A stretch of DNA of 64,000 nt from an uncultured Planctomycetota bacterium (GTDB lineage Bacteria > Planctomycetota > Planctomycetia > Isosphaerales > Isosphaeraceae), in assembly GCA_963845755.1 (NCBI GenBank), contig CAWJTV010000034.1, forward strand, positions 192,001-256,000, read 5' to 3'. Made by a program: the position numbers and the translations under genes. Below are positions 23,001 to 34,464 of the stretch, one piece after another. Positions within the stretch are counted from its first letter, which is position 1. Each line of letters starts with the position of its first letter. A model generated the notes under the pieces. The model made no database searches and had not been told where the DNA came from. It saw only the letters and a program-made list of their open reading frames with translations.

Positions 23001-26000
23001 CTTCAACGCAGGCGACCTCTGCATCGGCGACCAGATCACGGCCAACCGCATCTTCGGCAACACCGGGCCGGCCATCGACCTCGGCGAGACGGAGTGACTG
23101 ACAATGGCACCTCGCCGCGCGCAGGGACCCAACAACCTCCAGAACTTCCCGATCTTCGTCCTGACCGCCGACGGCCAGACCGAGGGTTGGCTGGCCGGCA
23201 GCACGCCCGACACGACCTTTCGCATCGATTTCTTCGCCAGCGCCGCCTACGGACCGGGAGGCTCGGGCGAGGCCGCAGGACGACCTGGGCTCGCTGGAGG
23301 TGACGACCAACGCGAGCGGGCAAGTGAGTTTCGCCGTCCCGTTCACCGCGCCGGCCGGGCTGCCCATCATCACGGCCACGGCCACCGATCCCCAGGGCAA
23401 CACCTCGGAATCACGGCCCTTCGTCCGGGCACTTTGCAGGCACCGTCTCTGAGCGTTCGCGCGGTGGCCAACCAGTCGCTCGCTTTCGCGACCCAGTCGG
23501 GCGACGGGATCGCGATCGAGGATCCCGAGGCCGGGCCGGTCAACCCGGTTTGGGGCCTGACGCTTTCGGTCTCCGACGGGACGCTGACCTTGTCGAGTAC
23601 CGCCGGCCTGACCGGCTCGGGCGATGGGACCGGATCGCTGTCGTACAGCGGTCCGCTGGCGGCGCTGAACGCGGCGCTCGAGGGCCTGATCTTCCACCCG
23701 CCGGCGGGAGCGCACGTCTTCGCCACGCTCGCCGTCGGTGCCCAGTCCTTCGGCGCGCCGCCACTCCCGACGGAGCAATTCCTGATCACGGACGGCGTCT
23801 TCGTGGTCGACACGACGGCCGACAGCGGCCCGGGCTCGCTCCGCCAGGCGATCCTGGACGCCAATCGTCGTGACTGGCCTGACGGTTACGATCGATTTCG
23901 CCATCCCCGGCGCCGGGGTGCAGACCATCGCACCCCTCACCCCCCTGCCTGCGATCACGGCCTCCGTGCTGATCGACGGTACGACTCAGCCGGGCTTTGC
24001 CGGCACGCCGCTGATCGCGGTGAGCGCCGCGCCGGCGGGTGGCCCCGCCGGCCTGACCCTCGCGGGCTCCGACGTCACCGTTCGCGGCCTGGCGGTCGAT
24101 CAGTTCGCCGTCGTCGCGACCACCGATCTGGTCCTGGTCGCCCAGGTCCAACCCCGGGCCTCACGACCCAACTGTCGCTGCTCGACTCGCAAGGCCAGGT
24201 CCTCGTCCAGAGCGATGGCGTCTCGTCCAGCGATCCGGAGGACCTGATCGCCCAGCAACTCGGGAGTGGGTCCTACATCCTGAAGGTCGCAGCACCGGCG
24301 GCGCGGGCACCTACACCTTGACGACGACGGTGGCGCCCACCACCGCCGCTTTCAGCCTCTGCCGGTCGGGAACCACCGGACGCCATCGTGGCGGGCGACT
24401 TCACCGGCAACGGCAGGCTCGACCTGGCCGTCGCTAACGCAGTGGACAACACGGTGTCGGTGCTGCTGGGCAACGGCGACGGGACGTTCCAGCCCCAGGT
24501 CACCTACGCGGTCGGGTCGGACCCGGTCGCGATCGTGGCGGGTGACTTCACCGGCGATGGGCACCTCGACCTGGCCGTCGCCAACCGACGCGGCTGGCAC
24601 CGTCTCGGTCCTGCTGGGCAACGGCGACGGCACGTTCCAGCCGCCAGGTCACGTACGCGGTCGGGTCGATCCCCGACTGCGATCGTGGCGGGCGACTTCA
24701 CCGGCGAATGGCCGACCTCGACCTGGCCGTCACTGCTCCAACCCGGCATCGGCGACCGAAGTCTCGGTGCTGCTGGGCAACGGTGACGGCACGTTCCAGC
24801 CCCCGGTCACTTACGCGGTCGGGACGGGCCCTGACGCCATCGTGGCGGGGGACTTCACCGGCGACGGCCACTCGACCTGGCCGTCGCCAACTCAGGGGAC
24901 AACACCGTCTCGGTGCTGCTGGGCAACGGTGACGGCACGTTCCAGCCCCAGGTCACCTACGCGGTCGGGACGATCCCGACTGCGATCGTGGCGGGTGACT
25001 TCAACGGCGACGGCCACCTCGACCTGGCCGTCGCCAACCGGCAACGCAGCGATACGGTATCGGTGCTGCTGGGCAACGGTGACGGGACGTTCCAGCCCCA
25101 GGTCACCTACGCGGTCGGGAGCGGACCCAGCCGCGATCGTGGCGGGTGACTTCACCGGCGACGGCCACCTCGACCTGGCCGTCGCCAACTGGCGGCCACG
25201 GCACGTGTCGGTGCTGCTGGGCAACGGCGACGGCACGTTCCAGCCCCAGGTCACCTACGCGTCCGGGTGGACCGAGCCTGTCGCGATCGTGGCGGGTGAC
25301 TTCACCGGCGACGGCCACCTCGACCTGGCCGTCACGAATAGCGAACCGGACTTCAGCGACGTGCCATCCTGCTGGGCAACGGCGACGGCACGTTCCAACC
25401 ACAGCCCGAACGGCGAACGCGGTCGGGGCGGCCCCGACCGCCATCGCGGCGGGGGACTTCACCGGCGACGGCCGGACTCGACCTGGCCGTCGCCAACTCG
25501 ACTCGGACGACACACGTGTCGGTGCTGCTGGGCAACGGCGACGGGACGTTCCAGCCCCCGGTCACCTACGCGGTCGGGACGAGCCCGGACGCGATCGTGG
25601 CGGGTGACTTCAACGGCGACGGCCGGCTCGACCTGGCCGTCGCCAACTACGCTGACGAGTTCGGCACGGCACGTGTCGGTGCTGCTGGGCAACGGCGACG
25701 GCACGTTCCAGCCCCAGGTCACCTACGCGGTCGGGCATGGACCCGACAGCGATCGTGGCGGGTGACTTCACCGGCAACGGCCACCTCGACCTGGCCGTCG
25801 CCAACGAACTGCGACGGCACGGTGTCGGTGCTGCTGGGCAACGGCGACGGCACGTTCCAGCCCCAGGTCACCTACGCGGTCGGGTCGGGGCCTGCCGCGC
25901 ATCGTGGCGGGGGACTTCACCGGCGACGGGCGGACTCGACCTGGCCGTCGTCAACGGACGTCGGCATGGCACTCAGATCCTGCATGGGCAACGGCGACGG

Positions 26001-29000
26001 GACGTTCCAGCCCGCGAAGTCACCATACGCGGCCGGAAATCGGCGGTCGCTCTGGTGGCCGGCGACTTCACCGGCGACGGCCACCTCGACCTGGCCGTCG
26101 CCAACGAAGGCCGACAACACGGTGTCGGTGCTGCTGGGCAACGGCGACGGCACGTTCCAGCCCCAGGTCACCTACGCGGTCGGGTCGGCACCCGACCGCG
26201 CATCGTGGCGGGCGACTTCACCGGCGACGGACATCCTCGACCTGGCCGTCCTGAACCAACTGATCCCGGCAACAGCAGCGTGTCGGTGCTGCTGGGCAAC
26301 GGCGACGGGACGTTCCAGCCCCAGGTCACGTACGCGGTCGGGGCGTACCCACGACGCGATCGTGGCGGGCGACTTCACCGGCGACGGCCACGCTCGACCT
26401 GGCCGTCGCCAACTACGTCACGAACAGCGTGTCGGTGCTTGCTGGGCACCGGCGACGGCACGTTCGTCGGCGCCGGGCCAGCTCGCCACCACACCGTATG
26501 CCACGCCCCTGGTGGCCGACGTCAACGGCGACGGCACCGACGATGTCCTGGTCGTCGACGGGGCCGGGCGATATCCTCTATCGCCAGGGCATCCCCGGCC
26601 AGCCCGGCTCCTTCCTCCCGCCCGTGACGGTCAACCCCGGAATCCCTCGCGCGACATCGCCTGGGTGCCTGACACCATGGATCGGCCCGTTGCTCGCCAG
26701 CGTCGACGCCCAGGACAACGCCATCTCGCTCTACGCCTACCGCGACGGCAGCTTCGTCCGGGTGGCGGTCGCTCACCACCGGCCAGCTCCCGGCGCAGAT
26801 CATCGCGGCCGACCTCAACGGCAACGGCTTGGACGACCTGGTCGTCCGCAATGCCGGCGACGGCACGCTGTCGGTCTTCTTCAACAACCAGCTCGGCAGC
26901 TTCCTCGACCGGCTTCGATCAGCCCTTCTTGCCGCCGTTGACGATCTCCGTGGGCCTGGGCGTCTCCGACGTCCAGGCGATCAGCACCAACGCCGATGGC
27001 CACCTCGACCTGGTGGTGACCAACACGCTGACCGGCCAGGTGAGCGTCCTGTACAACGACGGCGACGACCGATTCGCGGCCCTCGGTCCCTATCGCGCCG
27101 GGACCGGCTTGTCCGCGGTCGATCCCGGCAGCACGCCCGAGGTCACCAGCCTGGAAGCGACGGCGGGCGTGGCGGCCGGACCGCTCACGCCCGGTGGTCC
27201 GAACGACCTGGTGACGATCAACCCCGGGCTCCGACACGCTCGACGTGCTCGCGGGCCTGGGCGGACGGCCGGTTCGCCAATCCCGTGACCATCGATACCC
27301 CGAGCCCCGCCGAGGTGGTCCGCGTGGCCGACTTCAACGGCGACGGCATCGACGACCTGGCCGTGCTCACCGCCAACGGCGTGAGCATTTATCTCGGCAA
27401 CGGCAAGGGCGGCTTCTCGCCCCCGGTGACCTACGACGCCGGCGTCGACCCCACCGGCTTGACCGTCGCCGACCTCCTGGGCAACGGCCAGCTCGACCTC
27501 CTGGTCGGCAACGCCTATGGCGACGTGCTGATCCTCGTCGGCAACGGCGACGGCACCTTCCGGCCCTTCGAGCCGGTGAAGTCGGCCATCGCCCTGGCCG
27601 TCGCCGACCTCACCGGCAACGGCGCCCTCGACTTCGTCTTCGCCGACCAGTCGCTCAATCAGGTCACGGTCGTCTATGGCTCTCCGGACCAGAGCTCCAC
27701 GAACTCCCAGGTCATCGGCAACCAGGCCACGGGCATCCTCGCGCCGGGCGCCGTGCTGCTGGGCGACCTGAACGGCGACGGCATCCCCGACCTGGTCGTC
27801 GCCAATAGCGGCGGCAACAACGTGCTGCGTCTACCCCGGACTGGGCAACGGCCAGTTCGGCCCGCCGATCAACGGCACCCAGGGCTTCCCCGTCGGCACC
27901 GACCCGACCGGCCTGGCGGTCGCCGACCTCAACGGCCAGCCCGACCTGCTGGTCGCCGACACCGGCTCCAACGACGTCTCGGTGTTGCTGGGCCAGGGCA
28001 GCGGGTCGAGCTGGACGATGATCCCGGGTGCGCGGGTCCAGACCGACGCCGGACCGGTCGCCCTGGCCGTGGGCAACCTGCTGGGCGGCGAATCAGACCG
28101 ACCTGGCCGTGGCCAACAGCGGGGCCGATAACGTCCAGATCTTCCCCGGCGTCGGCGGCGGGTTCTTCAACGACCAGACGTCGGCGACCAAGACCTATGC
28201 CGTCGGCCAGGCGCCGTCCTCGCTGTTCCTGGGCAATTTCAACGGGCTCGGCCAGGGACTGGCCACGCTCAACGCCGGCTCGAATGACGGCACGTTGATC
28301 TCGAACCTGGATGCGGCCAACCCGGTGACCCAGACGTTCGCGACCGGCGGCGATTCGCCGACGTCCGGCTTTGCCGGCGACTTCACCGGCAACGGGTTCA
28401 CCGACCTGGTGGTGGGCAACAACGGCGACGGCCATCTGGCGCTCTTGCTGGGCGGGTCCGGCGGGCTGTCGCTGTCGCAAACCCTGGTCAGCCCCGAGGC
28501 CCCCAATCCCACCAGCCTGAGCTTCGCCGGGGTCTCCGACGGGCAACTGAGCTTCTACGTCAGCACGGCGGGCCACGAGGCGGCCATGAACCTGGCGTTC
28601 AACCTCGATGGCGACACGGGCGGCTCGGAGCCCGGCTCGCCCGTCGTGGCTGTATCGCCGACCGGCGAATCGTCGCCCTCGGCCGTGCTGAGTCAGGCGA
28701 CGACCGGCTCGGTGCAGCAGGTCTCGCAGCTCTTGAGCCTCTCGGGCACGACCCTGGACCTGGCCGCCACCTTGCTGACGGTGTCGGTGGTCTCGGGCGA
28801 ACTTCGAGAGTGAATCGAGCGGCGGGAGCTCCTCGGTGGGGACGAGCGGGTTCGGCCAGCCGGTGGTCCAGGCCAGGGGCAACAGCGGCTCGAACGGCTC
28901 GGGAGTGGAACCGACGAAGGAAGACGAGCCCGGCGCGGCGGGGCTGCCGGCCCTCATCGAGACACTGCCGGCCTGGGAGACGATATCGATCGGGTTGGAT

Positions 29001-29418
29001 CGGGCCTGGGACAAGGCACGGGCCGCGATCATCGAGCTCGAAAGCCAGAAACCGGCCGCGAGCGATTCGAAGCCGTCGGCTCGGCCCGCCGTCAACCCCA
29101 GGGCCGAGCGGACCGTCCCGGCGCCGAGCCAGCCTGGCATGACGGCCTGGGAACAGAATCGCGGCCTTCGACGCCGCCCTGGAAGACCTGGACGACCAAC
29201 AACCGAGCGAGCCGCCAGTGGAGGATCCCGCCCGTGAACTCTCCAACGGTTCGATCGAGAACGAGCCGGCTGGCCGGCTGCGAGTGCTGGTTGGACTGGC
29301 CGTGTCGTCCGCGGCGGTCGGCGCAGTGGGCATGCCCGTCTCCCGGTGGCTCCGACGACGACGTTCCTCCACGACCGGTCGTTACTCCACCAACCTGGTA
29401 CAGGGCTCACACATTTGA
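20053..29418 (+). CDS. Giant surface/adhesin-like protein (~3000 aa if rejoined): LE-x-R-x-LLS leader, beta-helix repeats, choice-of-anchor Q-like and Ig-like domains, FG-GAP/VCBS propellers, C-terminal TM plus basic tail; many frameshifts
   Basis: RPRLEWMEDRTLLS; GSLRWAV/GSLRQAI; GGGL.N..T.TLTNCTI.GN repeats; YGGPTQTFALLPGSPALDAG...DQRG; V.GNFIGT repeats; AGDFTGDGHLDLAVAN repeats; ends VLVGLAVSSAAVGAVGMPVSRWLRRRR. A single gene is inferred. Confidence 0.75.
24385..26470 (+). repeat. Tandem array of 14 ~150-bp FG-GAP coding repeats
   Basis: Unit GCGGGTGACTTCACCGGCGACGGCCACCTCGACCTGGCCGTCGCCAAC-[variable]-GTGTCGGTGCTGCTGGGCAACGGCGACGGCACGTTCCAGCCCCAGGTCACCTACGCGGTCGGG-[variable]-GCGATCGTG. 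Units start near 24391, 24538, 24688, 24845, 24991, 25142, 25292, 25449, 25600, 25758, 25907, 26058, 26208, 26365. Confidence 0.92.
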
Positions 29419-29540
29419 TAGAGTTAACGCCAGCGTGGGTGTGTGGACGCCTCCCGGCCGTGTCCGGAGTCCGACCGCGATCGCCGCGGTCGCGAGGCCC
29501 GGGTCGCTTTCGCACCGCGCCTGACGCGAATGGGGCGGCG

Positions 29541-30140
29541 ATGCCCAGCAAGCCCGGACCAGAGACCTCCCTCACCTTGATCGAGAGGGTCCAGAAGTTT
29601 CCCGCCGATGGGGAAGCCTGGGACGAGTTCGTCCGTCGTTATCATCCCATGATCCGTGCGTGGTGCGTGAAATGGGGCCTGCAAGCCTCGGACGCCGACG
29701 ACGTGGCGCAGGATGTCCTGGTCAAGCTGATCACGGCGATGCGGAACTTCCGATACGATCCCTCCCGGAGCTTCCACGCCTGGCTCAAGACCGTGACCCA
29801 TCACGCCCTGAATGACTTCCATGGCGACCGGAACAAGGAGCCCGGCCAGATCGCACAAGAGCTGTCGATCGCCGACCTGGTCGAAGCCCGCGACGATCTC
29901 GAACGGGAGCTGGAAAGCCTCTTCGATCGCGACCTTTTCCAGATGGCCATGCACCGGGTCCAGAAACGCGTCAAGCCCGTCACCTGGGATGCCTTCCGCC
30001 TCATGGCGCTGGAAGGTCTCTCCGGACAGCAAGCTGGCGAGCGTTTGCAGATCCCCGTCGCGCATGTCTTCGTGGCCAAGAACCGCGTCCAGAAACTCCT
30101 TCAGGAAGAGATCAAGATCATGAAACGGCACGACGACTAA
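29541..30140 (+). CDS. ECF sigma-70 factor of the planctomycete Ser/Thr-kinase-associated type
   Basis: TSLTLIERVQ...EAWDEFVRRYHPMIRAWC...DADDVAQDVL...FRYDPSRSFHAWLKTVT...VKPVTWDAFRL...VFVAKNRVQKLLQEEI. Confidence 0.9.
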   Translation: MPSKPGPETSLTLIERVQKFPADGEAWDEFVRRYHPMIRAWCVKWGLQASDADDVAQDVLVKLITAMRNFRYDPSRSFHAWLKTVTHHALNDFHGDRNKEPGQIAQELSIADLVEARDDLERELESLFDRDLFQMAMHRVQKRVKPVTWDAFRLMALEGLSGQQAGERLQIPVAHVFVAKNRVQKLLQEEIKIMKRHDD

Positions 30141-30229
30141 GAGTGGCGACTCCTTCACCATCACCGCGAGACACGAGTAGAATGGTTGTGAATGAACTGG
30201 GACGGCTCGAATCCTCAGAGGTGCCGACG

Positions 30230-31675
30230 ATGAACTCACGGATTCCTCATCGCGTGACCCCGATGACCCGCCGCGACTGGCTGCTCGGCGCCGGCGCCGG
30301 GTTCGGTGCGTTGGCCCTGACCGATCTGCTGGCGTCCGAAGCGGCGGCTGGATCGGAGTCAACCTCCCCATCGTCGGTCGTCGCAAATGCCTCATGGCGT
30401 CAGCCCGCGACGGCCCGGAGCGTGATCTTCCTGTTCATGGAAGGCGGGCCGAGCCACATCGATACGTTCGACCCCAAGCCCGAGGTCAACCGGCTGGCCG
30501 GCCAGCCGCTGCCACCGAGCTTCAAGCCGGTCATCACGCCCATGGGCGAGGGCCGTTCGCCGCTCCTGGCGTCGCATCGGAAGTGGAAGCAGCACGGCCA
30601 GAGCGGGATCTGGGTCTCCGACTGGCTGCCGCATATCGCCACCTGCGCCGATGACCTGGCGGTGATTCGCTCATGCTGGTCGAACGGGTTGAACCATGTC
30701 GGCGGCGTCTGCCAGATGAACACCGGCTCGACCCTGGCCGGCCGGCCCTCGCTGGGGAGCTGGGTGACCTACGGCCTGGGCACGGAGAACGCGAACCTGC
30801 CCGGGTTCCTCGTCATGCAAGACTTCCCGCGCTCCACGGTGGCCGGCGGTCCGCGGAACTGGGGCACGGGCTTCATGCCGGCGGTCTACCAGGGGACGCG
30901 CCTGGAGGGCGGCGCCGAGCCGATCGCCAACCTGCGAACGCCCGCCGACGTCGGCGGGGCGCGGCAGCGGGGCAAGCTCGACCTGCTCGATCGGCTCAAC
31001 CGCCGCCATCTCGAGTCCCGGTTCGACCAGTCCGAGCTCGACGCGCGGATCCGAAGCTACGAGCTGGCCTTCCGGATGCAGGCCGAGGCGCCCGAGGCCG
31101 TCGACCTGTCGAACGAGACCGCCGAGACCCGCTCCCTCTACGGCTTCGACGACCCGGCGGCCGAGACGACCGCCCGGCTCTGCTTGCTGGCCCGTCGGAT
31201 GGTCGAACGCGGCGTCCGGTTCATCCAGATCTACTGCGGCGCCGGCAGCAAGTGGGACGCGCACAGCGAGATCGAGCCGAACCACGCCAGGACCTGTCGC
31301 GCGATGGACCAGCCCGTCGCCGGGCTGTTGAAAGACCTCAAGCGCCGGGGCCTGCTCGACCAGACCCTGGTCGTCTGGGGTGGCGAGTTCGGCCGCACGC
31401 CGATGTCCGAGAAGGGCAACGGCCGCGATCACAACCCGTATGGCTTCACCATGTGGATGGCCGGCGGGGGCGCTGGAAGCGGCATCGTCGTCGGCAAGAC
31501 CGACGAGCTCGGCCTGCACGCGATCGAAGACCGGCTCCACGTCCACGATATCCATGCGACGATCCTCCATGCATTGGGCGTGGATCACTCCAAGCTCATC
31601 TATCGCCACCAGGGCCGGCCTGAACGACCGACCGTCAATGAGGGCCAGCCCTTCCTCCGTCTCTTCAACTCGTAG
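30230..31675 (+). CDS. DUF1501 protein with Tat signal
   Basis: TRRDWL...GFGALAL; VIFLFMEGGPSHIDTFDPKP; LARRMVERGVRFIQI; WGGEFGRTP; GRDHNP. Confidence 0.93.
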   Translation: MNSRIPHRVTPMTRRDWLLGAGAGFGALALTDLLASEAAAGSESTSPSSVVANASWRQPATARSVIFLFMEGGPSHIDTFDPKPEVNRLAGQPLPPSFKPVITPMGEGRSPLLASHRKWKQHGQSGIWVSDWLPHIATCADDLAVIRSCWSNGLNHVGGVCQMNTGSTLAGRPSLGSWVTYGLGTENANLPGFLVMQDFPRSTVAGGPRNWGTGFMPAVYQGTRLEGGAEPIANLRTPADVGGARQRGKLDLLDRLNRRHLESRFDQSELDARIRSYELAFRMQAEAPEAVDLSNETAETRSLYGFDDPAAETTARLCLLARRMVERGVRFIQIYCGAGSKWDAHSEIEPNHARTCRAMDQPVAGLLKDLKRRGLLDQTLVVWGGEFGRTPMSEKGNGRDHNPYGFTMWMAGGGAGSGIVVGKTDELGLHAIEDRLHVHDIHATILHALGVDHSKLIYRHQGRPERPTVNEGQPFLRLFNS

Positions 31676-32128
31676 ACGGTCATGCCATCAACACTCCACA
31701 CAGCTCGCCAATCGGATGCGTTCGATTGATCGTGCGAGCGGCCAGGATCTCGATCCACGTGACGTCGAATGTCTCGTTGCATCTTGCCTATTCCCTTCTT
31801 ATGGAACATCCGGATTAATCCTTAAGTTTGGCCAGGGGAATTCCGAAAACCGATGATGGAGGGGAGATTGGGCCGAGCCTATCCTGGCATGGTCCGGCGT
31901 AACATCAGGGGGGGCCGGATGGTCTGGAGAAGCGAACCCTCGCTCGACGGTATGCGAGTCACGTCACTTTATCTCGCAGCAAGTGGGGGGAAGGATATGC
32001 GTAAGATCTTCTCCCCTGGATCGAATCTCGATACAGGTCTTCCACCCCGAGAATAACGCATCCGTCCTTCCGCGAATCAGGCAGCGTCCTGTTGTTAGTC
32101 ACGAGACGGTCGATGAGGATCATTTCCC

Positions 32129-34431
32129 TTGCGTCGAATGGCATTGGCAGGGATCAGAGGAGTGGTCTTGAGCCTCGCGCTCGTAACGATCGAGCGCGCC
32201 GTGGGTCGGGTCGATGCACGACAGGTGCCGGAGACATCGACGCCGAGCTTCCTGAACACGCCGGTGTCAGATGACTCAACACCTCCTTCTGGGACGCTGG
32301 GTTCTACCCCGGCACGAGCACGAAGCGCGGACGCCGCCGCGCGAATGGCGAATTATTTCGCCCAGACGCCGGCACCGGATGGGACTCGAGCGCCGGACGG
32401 TCCGAGCACCGCGGTTCCGGGAATCCAGGCACTGCCCACTCCCGGCCAGCCGGCCCAACCACCAGTCCGGTCCGCGCCGGCCGCGGAACCGCAGCACCTC
32501 CGAGGCAGGGGCCGGCACCGCCCCCGGCTGCGAGAGGTGGGCAAGGCGCGGTGCGAGCCCCCGGCTCGAATGCCGAGCAGCAGATCCAATTCGACTCCAG
32601 CGGTTCGGTCACGATGCATACCAACGAGCTGGATGTTCGCCAGCTCCTGGAACTGCTCAGCCGGCGGAGCCGGATGAACATCCTCGTCTCACCCAAGGTC
32701 ACCGGCACGATCACCGCCAATTTCGAAGGCGTCACGGTCGAACAGGTTCTCAACTCGATCATCAAGCTGGCCAATCTCGTGGACAAGCACGAAGGCTCGA
32801 TCCACTACATCTACTCCAAGGACGAGCTGCAAGACGACCAAGAAATGGAAAAAAAAGAACGGATTCGAACGAGAGTCTATAAACTGAATTATGTCCGCGC
32901 GGACGAGATCCTGGGGATCATCCGTCCGTTCTTGAGCGCCGACGTCGGTCGGCGGCGGATCTCGGTCACGCCTTCGTATCGGTTCGGAATCAGTGAGTCA
33001 GCGACGTTCGTCAGTGGCGGCGGACAGGCGATGTCGGCGGGCGGCGGTGGGGGAGCCGCTGGCGGCGGTGCTAGCTCGATGGGCGGTCCGGGAGGCGGAG
33101 CGGCCTCGGGGAGCGGTCCGACCATCGGCGGCTATCAGCCACCAACGGGCGGCAACTCCCTTTCGGACTTCGATCACCTGATCATCCAGGATTATGAATC
33201 CAACCTCGAGATCATCGACCAGATCATCCAGCGAATCGACGTCCGGCCGGTCCAGGTCCTGATCGAGGCGGTCATCATCAGCGTGGACCACGAGCACGCG
33301 ACACAGCTCGGTGTTAACTTCGGCGTGGTCGACAACCTGGGCACGATGCTCGGCACGGTCGGCACCGGAACGGCGTTGAACGGGAACGTCGGCTTTACCC
33401 CAACGAAACTGCTGACCGCGGCCGGAACCATCGCCCAAAGTTCCGTTACGGACGCCCAGGGCTTTACCTCGGCACAGAACGGGGTCAAGTTCGGTTTTGT
33501 CGCCAACAATGTGACGGGATTCGTCCAGGCTTTGGAGACGATCGGCAGTACCAAGATCCTGGCCAGTCCCCGGATCCTCGTCTTGAACAAGCAACGAGCC
33601 GAGATCCAACTCGGTTCTCGGCTCGGGTTCCAGACACTCTCTCAGAACTTCACGAGCACGATCCAGCAGGTCCAGTTTCTGAACACGGGGACCATGCTGC
33701 GGCTCCGACCCTTCGTCTCGGACGACGGGATGGTCCGGATGGAGATCCATCCCGAGCGGAGCTCGGGCTCGGTCACCAACAACATTCCCAACCAGCAGAC
33801 GGCGGAGCTGACGACCAACGTGATGGTCCCCGACGGGGCGACGCTGGTCATTGGCGGCCTGATGGAAGACGAAGACGACTTTTCGATGCAAGGGCTTCCG
33901 GGCCTCGCGCGGCTCCCGGTGCTCGGTTATCTCTTCGGCGCCCGGCAGAAGAGCGAGGGACGGCGTGAGCTGGTCGTGCTCTTGACGCCGCATATCTGGT
34001 CGCCCGACCTGGAGATGGCGCATGCCCCCACTCCCCCCCCCGGACCAGGGCCGGCCGGCGGCGCGGGTTCGAGAACGAGGAAGACCGCCTTTCTGGAACT
34101 ATCGACCGGAGAAACCGACCCGAGTTCGAAGACACCCGAATCGGCGGCAGGCCGCGAGATCGCATCCGGGACGGTCGATCCATCCACCACGCTCACCCAG
34201 GCTGGCGCGGACTCGACGCCGGCCGCACCGCCCGACCCGGCGACGGCCGCGGTCCCACCAACCCCCGACCGGCAAGTCTCATCGTCGCGCCGACACCGTT
34301 TGATGCCAAATCTCCGTCAATGGCTGTCCGGACGAACGCCCGAACGATCGCCTGATCAATCCCCAGCCGCCGGTCTGCAATCGAACGGCGCACCTCAGGA
34401 CCCCCAGGGACTCAATCCAGCCGACGGTTGA
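32129..34431 (+). CDS. Secretin (GspD/PilQ family) with Pro-rich N- and C-terminal extensions (frameshift near 32500)
   Basis: LDVRQLLELL...VTGTITANF; IDVRPVQVLIEAVI; KILASPRILVLNKQRAEIQLG; VMVPDGATLVIGGL; LPVLGYLFG...RELVVLLTPHI. Confidence 0.9.
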
Positions 34432-34464
34432 CCGGCAGTCCCAGCCTCGGGTATCCTTGCACCC

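Noticed and set aside
24385..26470. CRISPR array
   Set aside because: Units are ~150 bp and encode FG-GAP blades; variable parts are short and there are no cas genes.
20053..29418. Diversity-generating retroelement acting on the adhesin
   Set aside because: No reverse transcriptase in the window, no TR/VR pair, and differences are not confined to adenines.
10250..30140. Prophage or integrative element
   Set aside because: No integrase, transposase, phage structural genes, tRNA or flanking direct repeats seen.
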